This document shows positions 13,087 through 24,186 of a stretch of DNA of 64,000 nt, in pieces. The stretch comes from Cetorhinus maximus (Eukaryota). The stretch is taken from positions 38,378,001 through 38,442,000 of the forward strand of contig NC_135879.1 of the NCBI RefSeq assembly GCF_964194155.1, given 5' to 3'. The translations under genes were made by a program, and so were the position numbers. The notes beneath the pieces are model-generated. The model saw nothing but the letters and a program-made list of their open reading frames with translations, was not told where the DNA came from and did not search any database. Every line of letters starts with the position of its first letter. Within the stretch, counting starts at the first letter, position 1.

Positions 13087-13876
13087 AAAAAAAAAATACC
13101 TGGAAAATCTCAGCAGGTCTGGCAGCATCGGCGGAGAAGAGTACAGTTGACGTTTCGAGTCCTCATGACCCTTCAACAGAACTAAGTAAAAATAGGAGAG
13201 GGGTGAAATATAAGCTGGTTTAAGTGGGGGGGGGGGAGAGAGAAGGGGGGAGTGGTTGTTGGGACAAGCAAGCAGTGATAGGAGGAGATAACCAAAAGAT
13301 GTCACAGACAAAAGAACGAAGAGGTATTGAAGGTGGTGATATTATCTAAAAGAATGTGCTTATTAAGAATGGATAGCAGGACAAGCAAGGTACAGATAGC
13401 TCTAGTGGGGGTGGGGTGAAATAAGACTAAAAGGGCATAAAAGGTATAGATAAATGATCGGTGGAATACATTAAAAATAATGGAAATAGGTGGGAAAAGA
13501 AAAATCTATATAAATTATTGGAAAAAAACAAAAAGGAGGGGGAAGAAACAGAAAGGGGGTGGGGATGGAGGAGGGAGTTTAAGATCTAAAATTGTTGAAC
13601 TCAATATTTAAGATATGCAACACCTGCCCCTTCACTTCCTCTCTCCTCATCGTCCAAGGGCCCAAACTTCTCTCTCTCTCAACCCCCCCCACCCCCCTAA
13701 ACCAGCTTATATTTCACCCCTCCTATTTTTACTTAGTTCTATTGAAGGGTCATGAGGACTCGAAACGTCAATTGTACCCTTCTCCGCCGATGCTGCCAGA
13801 CCTGCTGAGTTTTTCCAGGTATTTTTTATTTTTTGTTTTGGATTTCCAGCATCCGCAGTTTTTTGTTTTTATCTTG
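13087..13876. mobile_element. Penelope-like element with inverted structure and TSD
   Basis: TSD tgaaagtttaaca at 13074-13086 and 13877-13889. Minus arm contains the ORF C-terminus LNIEFNNFRS*. Plus-strand fragment CNTCPFTSSLLIVQGPK resembles the Cys-rich linker before the GIY-YIG domain. Inverted arms ~150 bp. Confidence 0.85.
13145..13183 (-). ncRNA. Minimal hammerhead motif (A6U core variant)
   Basis: agtt-CTGTTGA-A-GGGTC-ATGAG-GACTC-GAAA-CG-TC-aact, with palindromic ACGT stem III. The + strand copy at 13735-13773 has CTATTGA. Confidence 0.6.
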
Positions 13877-13959
13877 TGAAAGTTTAACATATCTGGTAAT
13901 TGGTAAGGATAGGATTGTTCTTGGCCTGTTGTCACCCCTCCCTATCTCTTTAACCACCT

Positions 13960-14280
13960 CTAACTCTGAAACTCTCTAAGAACTCAAAATTCGTCCAACT
14001 CTGACCACTGGTCTATCCCCACTTCTTCGACACACTCCTGTCGACCATACATTCAGACATCTAGGCCATAAGCTCTGGAACCTGTGCTAAACTTCTCTGA
14101 CTCCGCTTTTCTCTCCCCTCCTTTAAGACTGCCCCTAAAGCATACCCTAACTTTTAGTGAGTTATCCGATACCTCCTTTTTTGACTTAATGTCCATTTTT
14201 GTCTGATTACACTCTTGTGAAGCACCTTGAAGTGTTTTACTATCTTAAATGTTCAATATAAATGCAAGTTCTTGTTGTTG
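13960..14280 (+). mobile_element. L2 LINE 3' end relic
   Basis: ctaggcc..agctctggaa..cctcctttaagac..gtgaagcaccttga..ataaatgcaagtt tail. Matches 55480-55760 in reverse. Confidence 0.55.
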
Positions 14281-14849
14281 TGATACCTCTGCAATCAAAT
14301 AACTAGCTGAGACCCACTGTCTAGATTGACAGATAATGGTCATTTAGGTGAGATATTGGAAGTTGTTTATGCCAGTTAAACTCATCCTAACAGGGAGTTA
14401 ATGCCTGCTGTGGAGGGAGAGAAAATAAGGCAAAAGATCAGCAACAAAAGTTAATGTTACAAAATGCATTTGCATTTTTAACCTGACTTGACCTATTGCA
14501 AACAGAACAGAAAACAGTTTTGTCAGAAAACAATGCAGGAAATCAGTGTTTTCAACTTGGCAGTTGCTTTTACCACATTTAACTCTTATAAATTGTGGAT
14601 TGAGAAGCAAAATAAATAACACCATAGGTATTCAATCCTGTTCCCCACTAAGTGACCAACCCCATAATAACCATCCCTAAGACTGAAGAAGACCCCCAAC
14701 TCTGACCAGTTAACTGCCTGATTGGCACTAAATCGGTTCAAGAGGAACATGGGATGACTGCGGCTGGGTTGTCCCTGGCTCCCCACCTGATGGACTTAAT
14801 GTGAGCATTAAATTCCATCCTTAGAATTGGGTGTGCAGGGCATAATTTT

Positions 14850-15920
14850 GAAATTTGTGCATTAGGCAAACCTTGGAAGTATTGTGAACTGCGAGGAGGA
14901 TCATGATAGACTTCAAGAGGACACAGGTAGGTGATGGAATGGATGGATACGTGGCAGATGAAATTTAATGCAAAGAAGTGTAAGTTGATACATATTTGTA
15001 GGAAAAACGAGGAAAGGTGATAGAAAATATAGGGTGCAATACCAAAAGGTTGCAGGAGCTGCAGGATCTGGAGCTATATGCACAAATCATTGGCAGGGCT
15101 GGTAGAAAGCAGCTCATAAGATGTGAGGGATTGTAAGGTTTATAAACAGGTATAGGGTACAAAATCAAGGCAGTTATGATGAATCTTTATAAAACACCAG
15201 TTTAGCCTCAACTGGAGTATTGTGGGCACCACACTTTAAGAAGGATAAGAAGGCAATTGAGAGGTTACAGAAAAGATTTATGAGAATGGTTCCAGGGATG
15301 AGGGACTTCAGCTACATGGATACATTGAAGATGCTGGGTCTGTTCTTCTTAGAGAAGGGAAATTTGAGAGAAGATTGGATAGAGATGTTCAAAGTCATGT
15401 GGGGGCTAGATAGAGTAGATAGGGAGAAGCTGTTCCCATTGCCAGAAGGGTCGAGAACCAGGGCACACTGATTTAAAGTGAATGGCAAAAGGATCAAAGG
15501 CAATATGAGAAAAAATACTTTAATGCAGAGTGTGATTAGGTTCTGGCATGCGCTGCCTGAGAACGGTGGAGGCAGATCCATTCGAGACTTTCAAAACAGA
15601 TTTGATAATTACCTGAAAAGAAAAAAATTGCAGAGTTATTGGGAAAAGACAGAGGAGTAGGGCTAGGTGAGTTTCTCTAGTGTAGAGCTGGAACAGACAC
15701 AATGTACCAAATGGCCTCCTTCTATGCTGTAACCATTTTATAATTCTATAACATTAGGAAACATTTTTTTCACAGCATTACCTGAAACTTGAAGGGACAA
15801 AATTTACAGGGTTACGGGGAAAGAACAGGGGAGCATGCTTCATTAGATAACTCTGCCAAAGAGCCAGCAAAAGCACAATGGACCAAATGGTATCTTTCTG
15901 TCTTGTATCATTCTACGGTT
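14850..15920 (+). mobile_element. CR1 LINE 3' relics (RT C-terminus and tails)
   Basis: WAPHFKKDKKAIERLQKRFMRMVPGMRDFSY..LGLFFLEK..DRVDREKLFP. Confidence 0.85.
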
Positions 15921-16589
15921 ATATGAAAAACTCGCTGTAGAAACAGTTTAACATTTAAGTGCTGCCTGTGAAACATATTTTCCGCTTTAAAAATGTGGCT
16001 GTGCTATCAAACCTCCTGTCATGACAATGTTGATACTAAATGGTACAAGCTGTAGCCATATTTATGTTCATTTCACTGATTCATGTAACTACGAAAATTT
16101 GTAAATGCTTTATTCAGGGGAACTGAGAGATTAAAATCCATGGTACACTGTAAACACCTGTACAGAAACTCTGATGCATATGAATCAAGACCCTGACATT
16201 CAGTGGGCCTTGATTGAAAACATTGCTATTCCATCAATTCAAAAATGCCCAGTTGGCTTTTAACCAGTTCTCAGAATAAAGATCAAATTCAGGTCATAGG
16301 GACCATTTAGTTATAACCATTGCAAGTAACAAGTTGCAGTTAATTAAAAAGAAATCTGCAGTTCGTCTGATGGCTGAACTTGTAAGTTTATTATGTACTG
16401 TGCACTGACTTATCAGACCTCAAATATAGAGATCATGGAATGTTAGAGGTGGCCTCAGCATCCATATTAAGAAGAAAATAAATCAACCACTGTTTTCACT
16501 TATGATTATAATACAGTGACTCTTGCTGAAAATTACTTTTGCGTGGTTGTCAAATGAGGATATGACTGGGCTCCTGTTGCCAAATAGTT

Positions 16590-17222
16590 TACAATTAAAG
16601 GACTGTGGTATTTTCTACTAACAGGATGCTGCTGTCAAGCCAAAAAGACGTTCTGCCTACCATACAAATGAATAATGCGGTCTATGAATTGCTGTGCCTG
16701 TGCTATGGCAGATACATGGGCTCCACGTCCCAAATGATTGGCAGATCATCAAGAAGCACCTCCCTTCGCACTAGGTGACTGGCCCATACTTGCAAAACTC
16801 AGAACATAATGTTTAATGTTAAATGTGATTCCGCGATTGGACATCACTTGCTGAAAAATCCCATGTGCTAAGAATTACACTAACAGCCAAGTTAAGATTA
16901 TCAGTCGGCCTTGCAATGTGGCTCACTTACCCTTGCTAGAAGCTACATATATTCATACGCTGGGACCTGTCCTCATAAGCAAGAAAGAACATGTCGAGGT
17001 ATTGCACCCTTTTTGAATTAAACAAAAGCATGGGACAGTAGTTTCCTGGGTACATTCTCCATGTCAACGCTTCAACCAATGAGAATTGACTTGGCAACCA
17101 ATCAGCACCCTTTTCTCATGTAATATAAATTGTTGCTCCCATTGAAATTTGGCATTCTTGCATCTGTCCTGATGAGTACAAGATGAAAAGCTTTGACAGC
17201 ATGAGTCTTTTTTTCAGCAATA
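16590..17222 (+). mobile_element. Penelope-like element 3' fragment: GIY-YIG endonuclease relic plus 3' terminus
   Basis: MNNAVYELLCLCYGRYMGST (VY...YIG-type), DSAIGHHLL, LEATYIHTLGPVL, followed by a hammerhead motif. Confidence 0.8.
17164..17199 (+). ncRNA. Minimal type I hammerhead motif
   Basis: ctgtc-CTGATGA-GT-ACAAG-AT-GAAA-AGCT-TT-gacag: 5-bp stem I, intact core, palindromic AAGCTT stem III, weak stem II. Confidence 0.7.
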
Positions 17223-17565
17223 TAGCATTTCCCTTTGACTATTAAAGGATTTTGTTTTTCAGCTTTTAATGTTGACACATCTTTCATTTAACCTCTGGAG
17301 CAGATTCTGTTCAAATTTCTCTAAGGGGTGAATCTTACAAATTAAACAGAAATAATTTTAGGATAAACACAAACATTGTGAGTAAGAAAAATTCAGAAAT
17401 GTAACAGTCCTTTAAGTGATATTAACTTATAAAAAGGACACTCATTTTACTTTTTGTAATTTTGTGGTTTTCAAGGATTTTGTTTTCTGCTAATTTCCTG
17501 AGATCTACAAATCTATACTGCAGGCTGGGCACCCGTTCAATCTTTCTTTCTTGTCCATCTTACAG

Positions 17566-17621
17566 GTGCAGTACTCGATGAAACTACTGGTAAAATTCTG
17601 GTTGTGCAAGATAAAAATAAG
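17566..17621 (+). CDS. NUDT6: Internal coding exon of NUDT6 (Nudix hydrolase 6, FGF2-antisense gene)
   Basis: Polypyrimidine tract + tacAG, 56 nt, then GTAAGT donor. Encodes (G)AVLDETTGKILVVQDKNK, versus human NUDT6 GAVFDESTRKILVVQDRNK as recalled. Confidence 0.88.
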
Positions 17622-18985
17622 GTAAGTTGAATGTTAATGAACCATTGATATTCCTGTCAGGTAAGCATGTCCATGTTCCAAGAAAAAGCCTGTCACTGAC
17701 AACATTTGTTTGATTGTTGTTGGCAAAACATCTAATAAGTCACCTATTCATATACTGGTCAGTTAATTGATGTCCATGCACTGTGATGCACTTACTTCAA
17801 TGGAGAATAAACAAAGTTGTATTTTACCTTCTGCTTAACCTACAAATAATCTCGCAGTTTGTGATACAAACCTGTACAAACCTGCATGAAATTTTCTCGC
17901 AGCATTGAATACAAGAATGAGGGAAATCTATTTATCATGACTTTATACATACAGCATTTGCTATGCTTCAGTCCACAATCTGAGCACCTCACACTGGCAG
18001 CCTACATTCTCTGGACATGAGACTTAGGGTACAAATTAACAGCTGTACGTTGGAGTACTTCCAAAGGTCATGCACATTTTTTTTTGTGAAAAACCTAATC
18101 ATAAGTAACTGGTTTATTTTTGTTGAGGTATAAGGTATGAAAAGATATCAGTTGATGTTTTTATGTATCATCCCAGCCTCATTAGTGAAAGTTTGTCATT
18201 TATTTTTAACTAAGGTGATTAGATGCAATAGAGCAGTTTTTGAAGAAAGGGTGAATTCTCTGTTCCCGTAATCCCAGTGAGAACCATGTACAAAGGGAAT
18301 TGAGGTAGGGAAAAGGTTGCAACACAGCAAATCTATGGTGCATTCCACAGGTTGCATTCCTATTGTCCCAGGTGATAAATATACAGGAGATCAGTAGAAT
18401 AGATGAGTAACTGGAGAGATCCCAGAAGAAGGCAAAACCCTCTGTCCCTCAAGAGTCTGCTTCTGTTGTTCATGGAAACAGCATATATATTTGTGTTACA
18501 TATACCACAAGCGACATATATATTGTAATACAGGTATTTTCTCCCATCCTGGGAGTAAATATCACTAACAGTTGGGAAGTTGATTCATGAGGTGACACCA
18601 GTTAATGGATAGGGTGGCAGCCTAAGGGCCAAATGGCCTTTTCTCACCATTTTATATTCATATTTTGTATTGAAAGATATTTGGACAAACTAAATGGATG
18701 GATCAAGGAATGGCAGATAACTTTTAATCTTGATAACAATAGGATAATACTCAATGATTAAGTAGAAATTGGCCATTTTGCCCAGTTGGGCTATGTCAGT
18801 GTTTATTCTCCACATAAGCCTCCTCCCAATCTACTTCATCTCACCCCAGCAGTGTATCCTTTATGCACGTATCTAGCTTCCTCTTAAATGCATCTGTGCC
18901 GTTCACCTAAACTACTCCTTGTGGTGGCAAGTTCCACACTCTAACCACTCTCTGGGTAATGAAGCTTCTCCTGAATTCCTTATTG

Positions 18986-21456
18986 CAGAGATTCCCAAAC
19001 TTTAATTCTGTCATATCCCCTTCCAGATCTACCAGCTGTCTATGTATCCCTACCAACTTACAGGTTTAGTATTTTAAACCACTTGATGCCCAAGCAATAT
19101 ACAAAATGTACAAATCATAATACACATATATTGCATCGTTGGTCCCTCAATATTGGGATGAGCTCTGCCAGGCTTCGTGATTTATGTGTCCTTAGATGAC
19201 TCAGCAGGTCAATCTCAGAGCCACACGTCTTTGGACAGAGAGGACAAGAGTTGCGCTAAGGGAGGGGGGTTCTCGAGCCAGGGATCTTCCCCCCACTGTC
19301 CACTTTTATTGCTTCTCCACAGCAGAGTCCATGTAGTCAGTCTCCGACTGTGCTGTGGCTCGCCGGATGAGACCTTATCATTTTCATTTACAACTTAAAC
19401 AATAGTTCAATAGTACTATTGACCATTAATATGATAGATGATTTTATGTATTTGAGCATAAGCACATAATATTTGGAGCGATAGGTGAAAGTTTGCATCC
19501 TAAGTTGTTTTCTATGCAAAGGCATTGACAATATTTTGACTTCATTTCAGTGAGTGATTAAAAATCCATTTTCACACAGGTAAGTTTCAGCAAATGGTAT
19601 CAAAACCTTGACAGCCCTGCCTGACAATTTGTGTAAATCTTTTTGCATTTGGACCAATGTTCCCTTTAAGCTGCATGGCTGCACAGCAATCCAAAAGTTT
19701 CCGCACAGGCTGAACAGAAGTTGGCCTCTTTAAGTTACTATACATGCAAGGTCAAGCAAAACATTTAAAAGCAACTGTGCACTCGCAGACTCTTAAAACA
19801 ATTTGAAGATATGTTGATTTGGACCCAAAACTATTACTGGAACTCAATCTTGAGTCCGTCATCCGTTGAGATGTCCAGCAGAGTCTCTTGTTCTTTTATT
19901 GACAAGTGACATGGGTACTGCAGAAAAAAATTGTGGAAAGTTAGCAGACCCAACTGTTCTCGTTGCTTATTGACGGAAAGGAACCACGTAATTGCCTTAC
20001 CAATGAACTGTTGCTTTATGCAAGCTTTAACACGGTCCTGCAACTGTAGTTTATTCACTATTAGGAACTCATGAAAGTTTGGGAAAATTTTAGTGTTTTT
20101 CTCCATAAAGTGAACCGAAAATTACATTTATCATTGACTCTGTTTCATCCTAGACATTGATGTTGGTTGCATTTAGCCCTTAAAGTTCGAAATGTAGCTC
20201 ACTCAGGCTATAGAATATATCTGACAGGTAGCCCAGCCTTGAGAGCCAGGATGGATCATGGGAACAGTGGAAGAGTAGGAATGGGTGGTCTATAAGGAAT
20301 AACTTGACCTCAGAGTGACGCTCAAAGAAATGTGCTAAGACCTGGCCATATGACAGCCATCAAACTGCTGTGTGGTGCAATAAATGTACTTCCTTCCTAT
20401 CTCAATGCATCGAGCAGAAGATATTCTGGAATTCAAGGGTTGAGCTTTTATAATGTTTGTCATGTTCACAGCGTTGTCCAGGGCCTCCTTCAAGATGTTA
20501 GGCATGCTTTTTGGTAGCGAGTGTTTCTCTCTGTACAGTATACTGCAATATACCCACATCGTATTGGCAGCAACTGCTCTGATAAACGTCAGTACTGCAC
20601 TGTCCCCATCAGTCATTGACTTTGCTCCATTGGTGCAGAAGACAATACTTTGACCAGACGATATCATGTTGATTTGTGAAGTTGCAAATCAACCAGAGAA
20701 TCTCCTCAGCTGTTGTTCTAGCAGTGTTTGGCAAAACAAAATGTTTTTCATTATTGCACCTTCGGAAATATACCTCACATACGCAAGGCAAGCTAAGCCT
20801 ACCACATCAGTGGATTCGCCCCGCTGTAGATTGAAGTACTGACTGCTAATAACACAGTTCACTCATTGATTTAGGACATTATTGACCAAGTCATTAGTTC
20901 AATGTGGCACTGTTGTTTGATAATGGCTGAGTCTTCAAGGGCCTTAACATTATCATCAGCAACAACAGAAAGCAAAACTGTCTTGCTTGCCATTAGCTGT
21001 GGTTGTGTCAACTTGAAAAATTCTGGCAGTTTGCGCTTATGTTCTTCATGTTTTGTTTCCATGAGTCTGTGTAGAAGCACTAGTTTTAGGCTGTTATTTG
21101 ATAGGACTTCACCACATGACACACACTGCAACTGGAGTATTCAGCAGCTTCAGTCCAAGTAGATCCTGTTTTGTGCAAGGTATCAATGTTTTGCTTCACA
21201 GGCTGAGATTCACATGTTGAATCAATAGCTGTTGTCTCACTGGTGATTAAGCAAGTGCATTGGTACGAGCAAGACAGATGTCGTTACTTTGTTTCTCAGC
21301 ACTAATACTTTGTATTTGTGAATTTGTGTTTTTTTAACACTACCTGTCTTTAGCCATCTGTCCATTTTTAATTTTTATTGCCCGGAAGATATAGTTATAA
21401 TGCAACATATAGAACTGAAAAAATCCCCAGGCCCCCAAAAATAATCTAGTGTCCCA
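18986..21456 (-). mobile_element. hAT transposon relic, Buster/Charlie (ZBED5/SCAND3-like)
   Basis: QCVSCGEVLSNNSLK..METKH (BED-finger region), ESTDV, CTNGAKSMT..CSILYRE (CTDGA..HCxxHRE). TIR-like cagagattcccaaac at 18986. Many stops. Confidence 0.8.
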
Positions 21457-24186
21457 GGGTGGAATTTTCCATGCCCATTGGCGGCAGACGTGTTTGGTGA
21501 GGTGAGCGGACAATATGGCAAGAAGGCCAAAAATCGGTTTCACGCAGTCATGAAACTGGTTTGCAATCAATCCCTCCGCCCATCAATGGTGGGCACGTTT
21601 TGGGAACTTCATTGTAATACATCTGCATATCATTATAAACCCAGCTTGCCAGAATCATCACTCCATGTCAAATTTACTACCCACGTCGGCTGGAAAACAT
21701 GCCGGTGCACAACATGTCTTGACAAGTGTGATGTGCAGAAGTCGGGAATTACGGTCAGGATCTTGCTCACATCACAAACATCCGAGGAACAGAAGATGCT
21801 GGAGCCCAACAGCAACGGGACCCTGGAGGAATGTTCATCGCATGCTTAGTGAATTCTCATGGACATGGCTCCGCCGCAAAGAAGCTCACGGAAGGTGGAA
21901 AGTCACCGTTGAGGGTCTGCTTTGGGAATACAGTGTCATGTGCCATGATCTACAACGGATGATCATCAAAGGGCTGGAGAGGAAGGTCCAGCTGTGAGTG
22001 GGAGGCGAAGATGTCGGAGGGGGGGTGGTGGGAGAGTGAGGTCTGTGTTCGATTGGGGGAGAAGGTATGTTGATGGGGAAGTGAGTTTGGGAGGGGGGAA
22101 CGAAGGTGTTGGGGGTGTTGAGGTTTGGTGGAGAGAAGCAAAGGTGTCGGGGGGTGATGTTTGGGGCAGGGAGTAGGGGGGAGGAGGGGGTAATGGGGGA
22201 GAGTACAGCAACTGGGAGGCAGGTGTAATGGGGGAGGAAGGAGAGGGCAAGGAGTCCAGAGAGGGAAAGGAGTAAGGATGGGGGAAGGAGTAAGGGTGGA
22301 GGAAGAAGTAAGGGTGGAGCAAGGAGTCGGGAAGGGGGAAGGAGTAAAGCCGGAAGAAGCAGTAAGGGGAGGGAGAATTAAGGGTGGGGTAAGGAGTAAG
22401 GCTGGAAGGGGGAAGGACTAAGGTGGAAGGAGTCCAGGGGTGGGGAGGAGTCCGGGGAGGGGAGGAGTCCGGGGGCGGGGGAAGGAGTTCCAAGTGGGGG
22501 AGGAGTTCCAAGGGGAGAAGGAGTTCCAAGGGTGGAAGGAGTCCTGAGCGGGGGTTATCCAGTTGAACGTGGAAAGGAAGGGTCTTTGGAGTCAATGATT
22601 GCCTTCTGGGGAGCAAACTGAGGCTGGGCATGGTAGGATGGAATGGGGAGAATGAAAGAGGGCAGAGTGAGGCGGTAGGGTGGGAGGGTGAGGGTGCAAT
22701 GGCATCGGTAGAAGGGACAGCAAGGGTGGTTGATGGGGACTCAGAGGCAAACACAGACCCTGGGAGTGGGAAGGAGGAGGTAAGGGAGGTTATTTGGATG
22801 GGGATGGGGGTTTCAGGAAGGAAGGGAACGTGCACTGTCACCTGGGCATCCCCAAAAGAAAAGGGTTGTGGCTGGTAGGTGACGGTGGGGAGGTGGAAGA
22901 TTATGCCAGGGCGTCGACAGTGATGGGGGAAAGAACATGGGTGACTGGGAGAGGGGAAAGGACAGGTGACCTGAAGCAAAATGTTAGACGCATCATGCTT
23001 GCAAATCCAAAAGTGAAACAAGACTCGTGGTAGACTAGAACAAGTGCTGCATGGGAGTGTGATCAGTGGGTGGGCAGAGATGCAGGTCAGCACGGATGGA
23101 CAACTGAAAGCAAAGCCCAGCAGGCAGCATTGAAAATGCTCAGGACATTAAGATGAGTGTGATGGGGGAAGGATCCACATGCGTGGGAGCATGCTTGCAC
23201 GAGGCTCTGGAAGGCCCTGCCAAACACACACTTTTCCCTCCAAAATCACTCGTGGGCTGGCTGCATGCAGCTGAGCTGCTGGTGAGGTGGGGTGATGCAG
23301 GGGGATGACTCGCGAATGTAAATGTAGCTGAAAGACACCATTACACATTATTCAGTGAAAGTGAATATACTTTCAGATTATAAAGTGACAAAATGCCTAA
23401 CGTGGGCCACTCCACCTCCGGTCTGGGACTTCTCCCTGCTACTTTGAGCTAGCTTCTCCTGTATGAAAACAGATAGAGGGAGTGTGAGCAGGACACATGG
23501 CACTGCTTGAAATGTTTGTGTAGTGAGTGGAGCCATGGACGCGATGAGGACAGGAGCTCGAGAGGATATAAGCCTGATGAAGATGTGAGAGTGTGCGCGA
23601 GAGTTAGTGGTGTTGTCCCTTGAGGTGTGAGATCCCTGTGGATGTGTGATGGGTTTGTGAGTGTCTAAGTTGCGAGTGATGAGAAGAGTGACTTACCCTT
23701 GCAGAACAGATGAGACTATTCATCCTCTTTCGACACTGGGTGGCTGTCTCCTTTTGCAGGGCATTAGTTCTGACCGCTGCAGCCACCGCCTTCCATGCTG
23801 GATTGGTGACCTTGCTTGCTGGTCTTTGCCCAGAGCGCGGGCGGCCCTCTATGGTGTCCAAAAGGCGCTTAAGGGTACGCGTCATTGAATCGAGGTACTG
23901 CAGTCTTCTTGCCTTTCGGGGCCATGTCTTCTATGCAGCAGTCCTGGGCTGGAAGCACTGACAAGTGTGCGCGCGGCTGCCCTTTAAAATGGCATGAGCT
24001 GATAGTGTGGCGGGCGAATGAGTGCCCCCCTCCTGCCACCCAAACGGTGTGTTTCCCGGGGAGGCATGATTAATGAAGCAGGATTGAGACAATACGGCTT
24101 GAAAAGCCATCATTGTAGCTGGCAGGTAAAATGCTCTTTTTCCTGCCCACTACCGTACTTAGTGCAAATCTGGGACAATTCAGCCA
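21457..24186 (-). mobile_element. Non-autonomous Harbinger D1: truncated Myb gene plus unexplained module, no transposase
   Basis: Ends gggtggaattttcc / gggacaattcagcc. Myb ATG at 23925 (-): MAPKGKKTA..LKRLLDTIEG..PAWKAVAAAV..TQCRKRMN. Donor at 23696, acceptor at 23459. Confidence 0.85.
22010..22560 (+). repeat. Purine/G-rich degenerate tandem repeat
   Basis: ~15-18 bp units such as ggaaggagtaagggt and ggaaggagttccaagg. Similar C-rich tract at 42420-42840. Confidence 0.85.

Noticed and set aside
19834-21131. Host ZBED5/SCAND3 gene
   Set aside because: Fragmented over several frames with degenerate conserved motifs; a hAT relic.
21796-22630. XRN2-binding domain (XTBD) resemblance of TWLRRKE and VNDCLLGSK
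   Set aside because: Only a few residues match, the pieces are separated by a stop and a repeat tract, and there is no codon-level support.
21966-23093. 375-aa Pro/Ser/Leu-rich ORF, the longest in the window
   Set aside because: It is the antisense of a G-rich tandem tract that lacks stops by composition, and the frame is not preserved in paralog D2.
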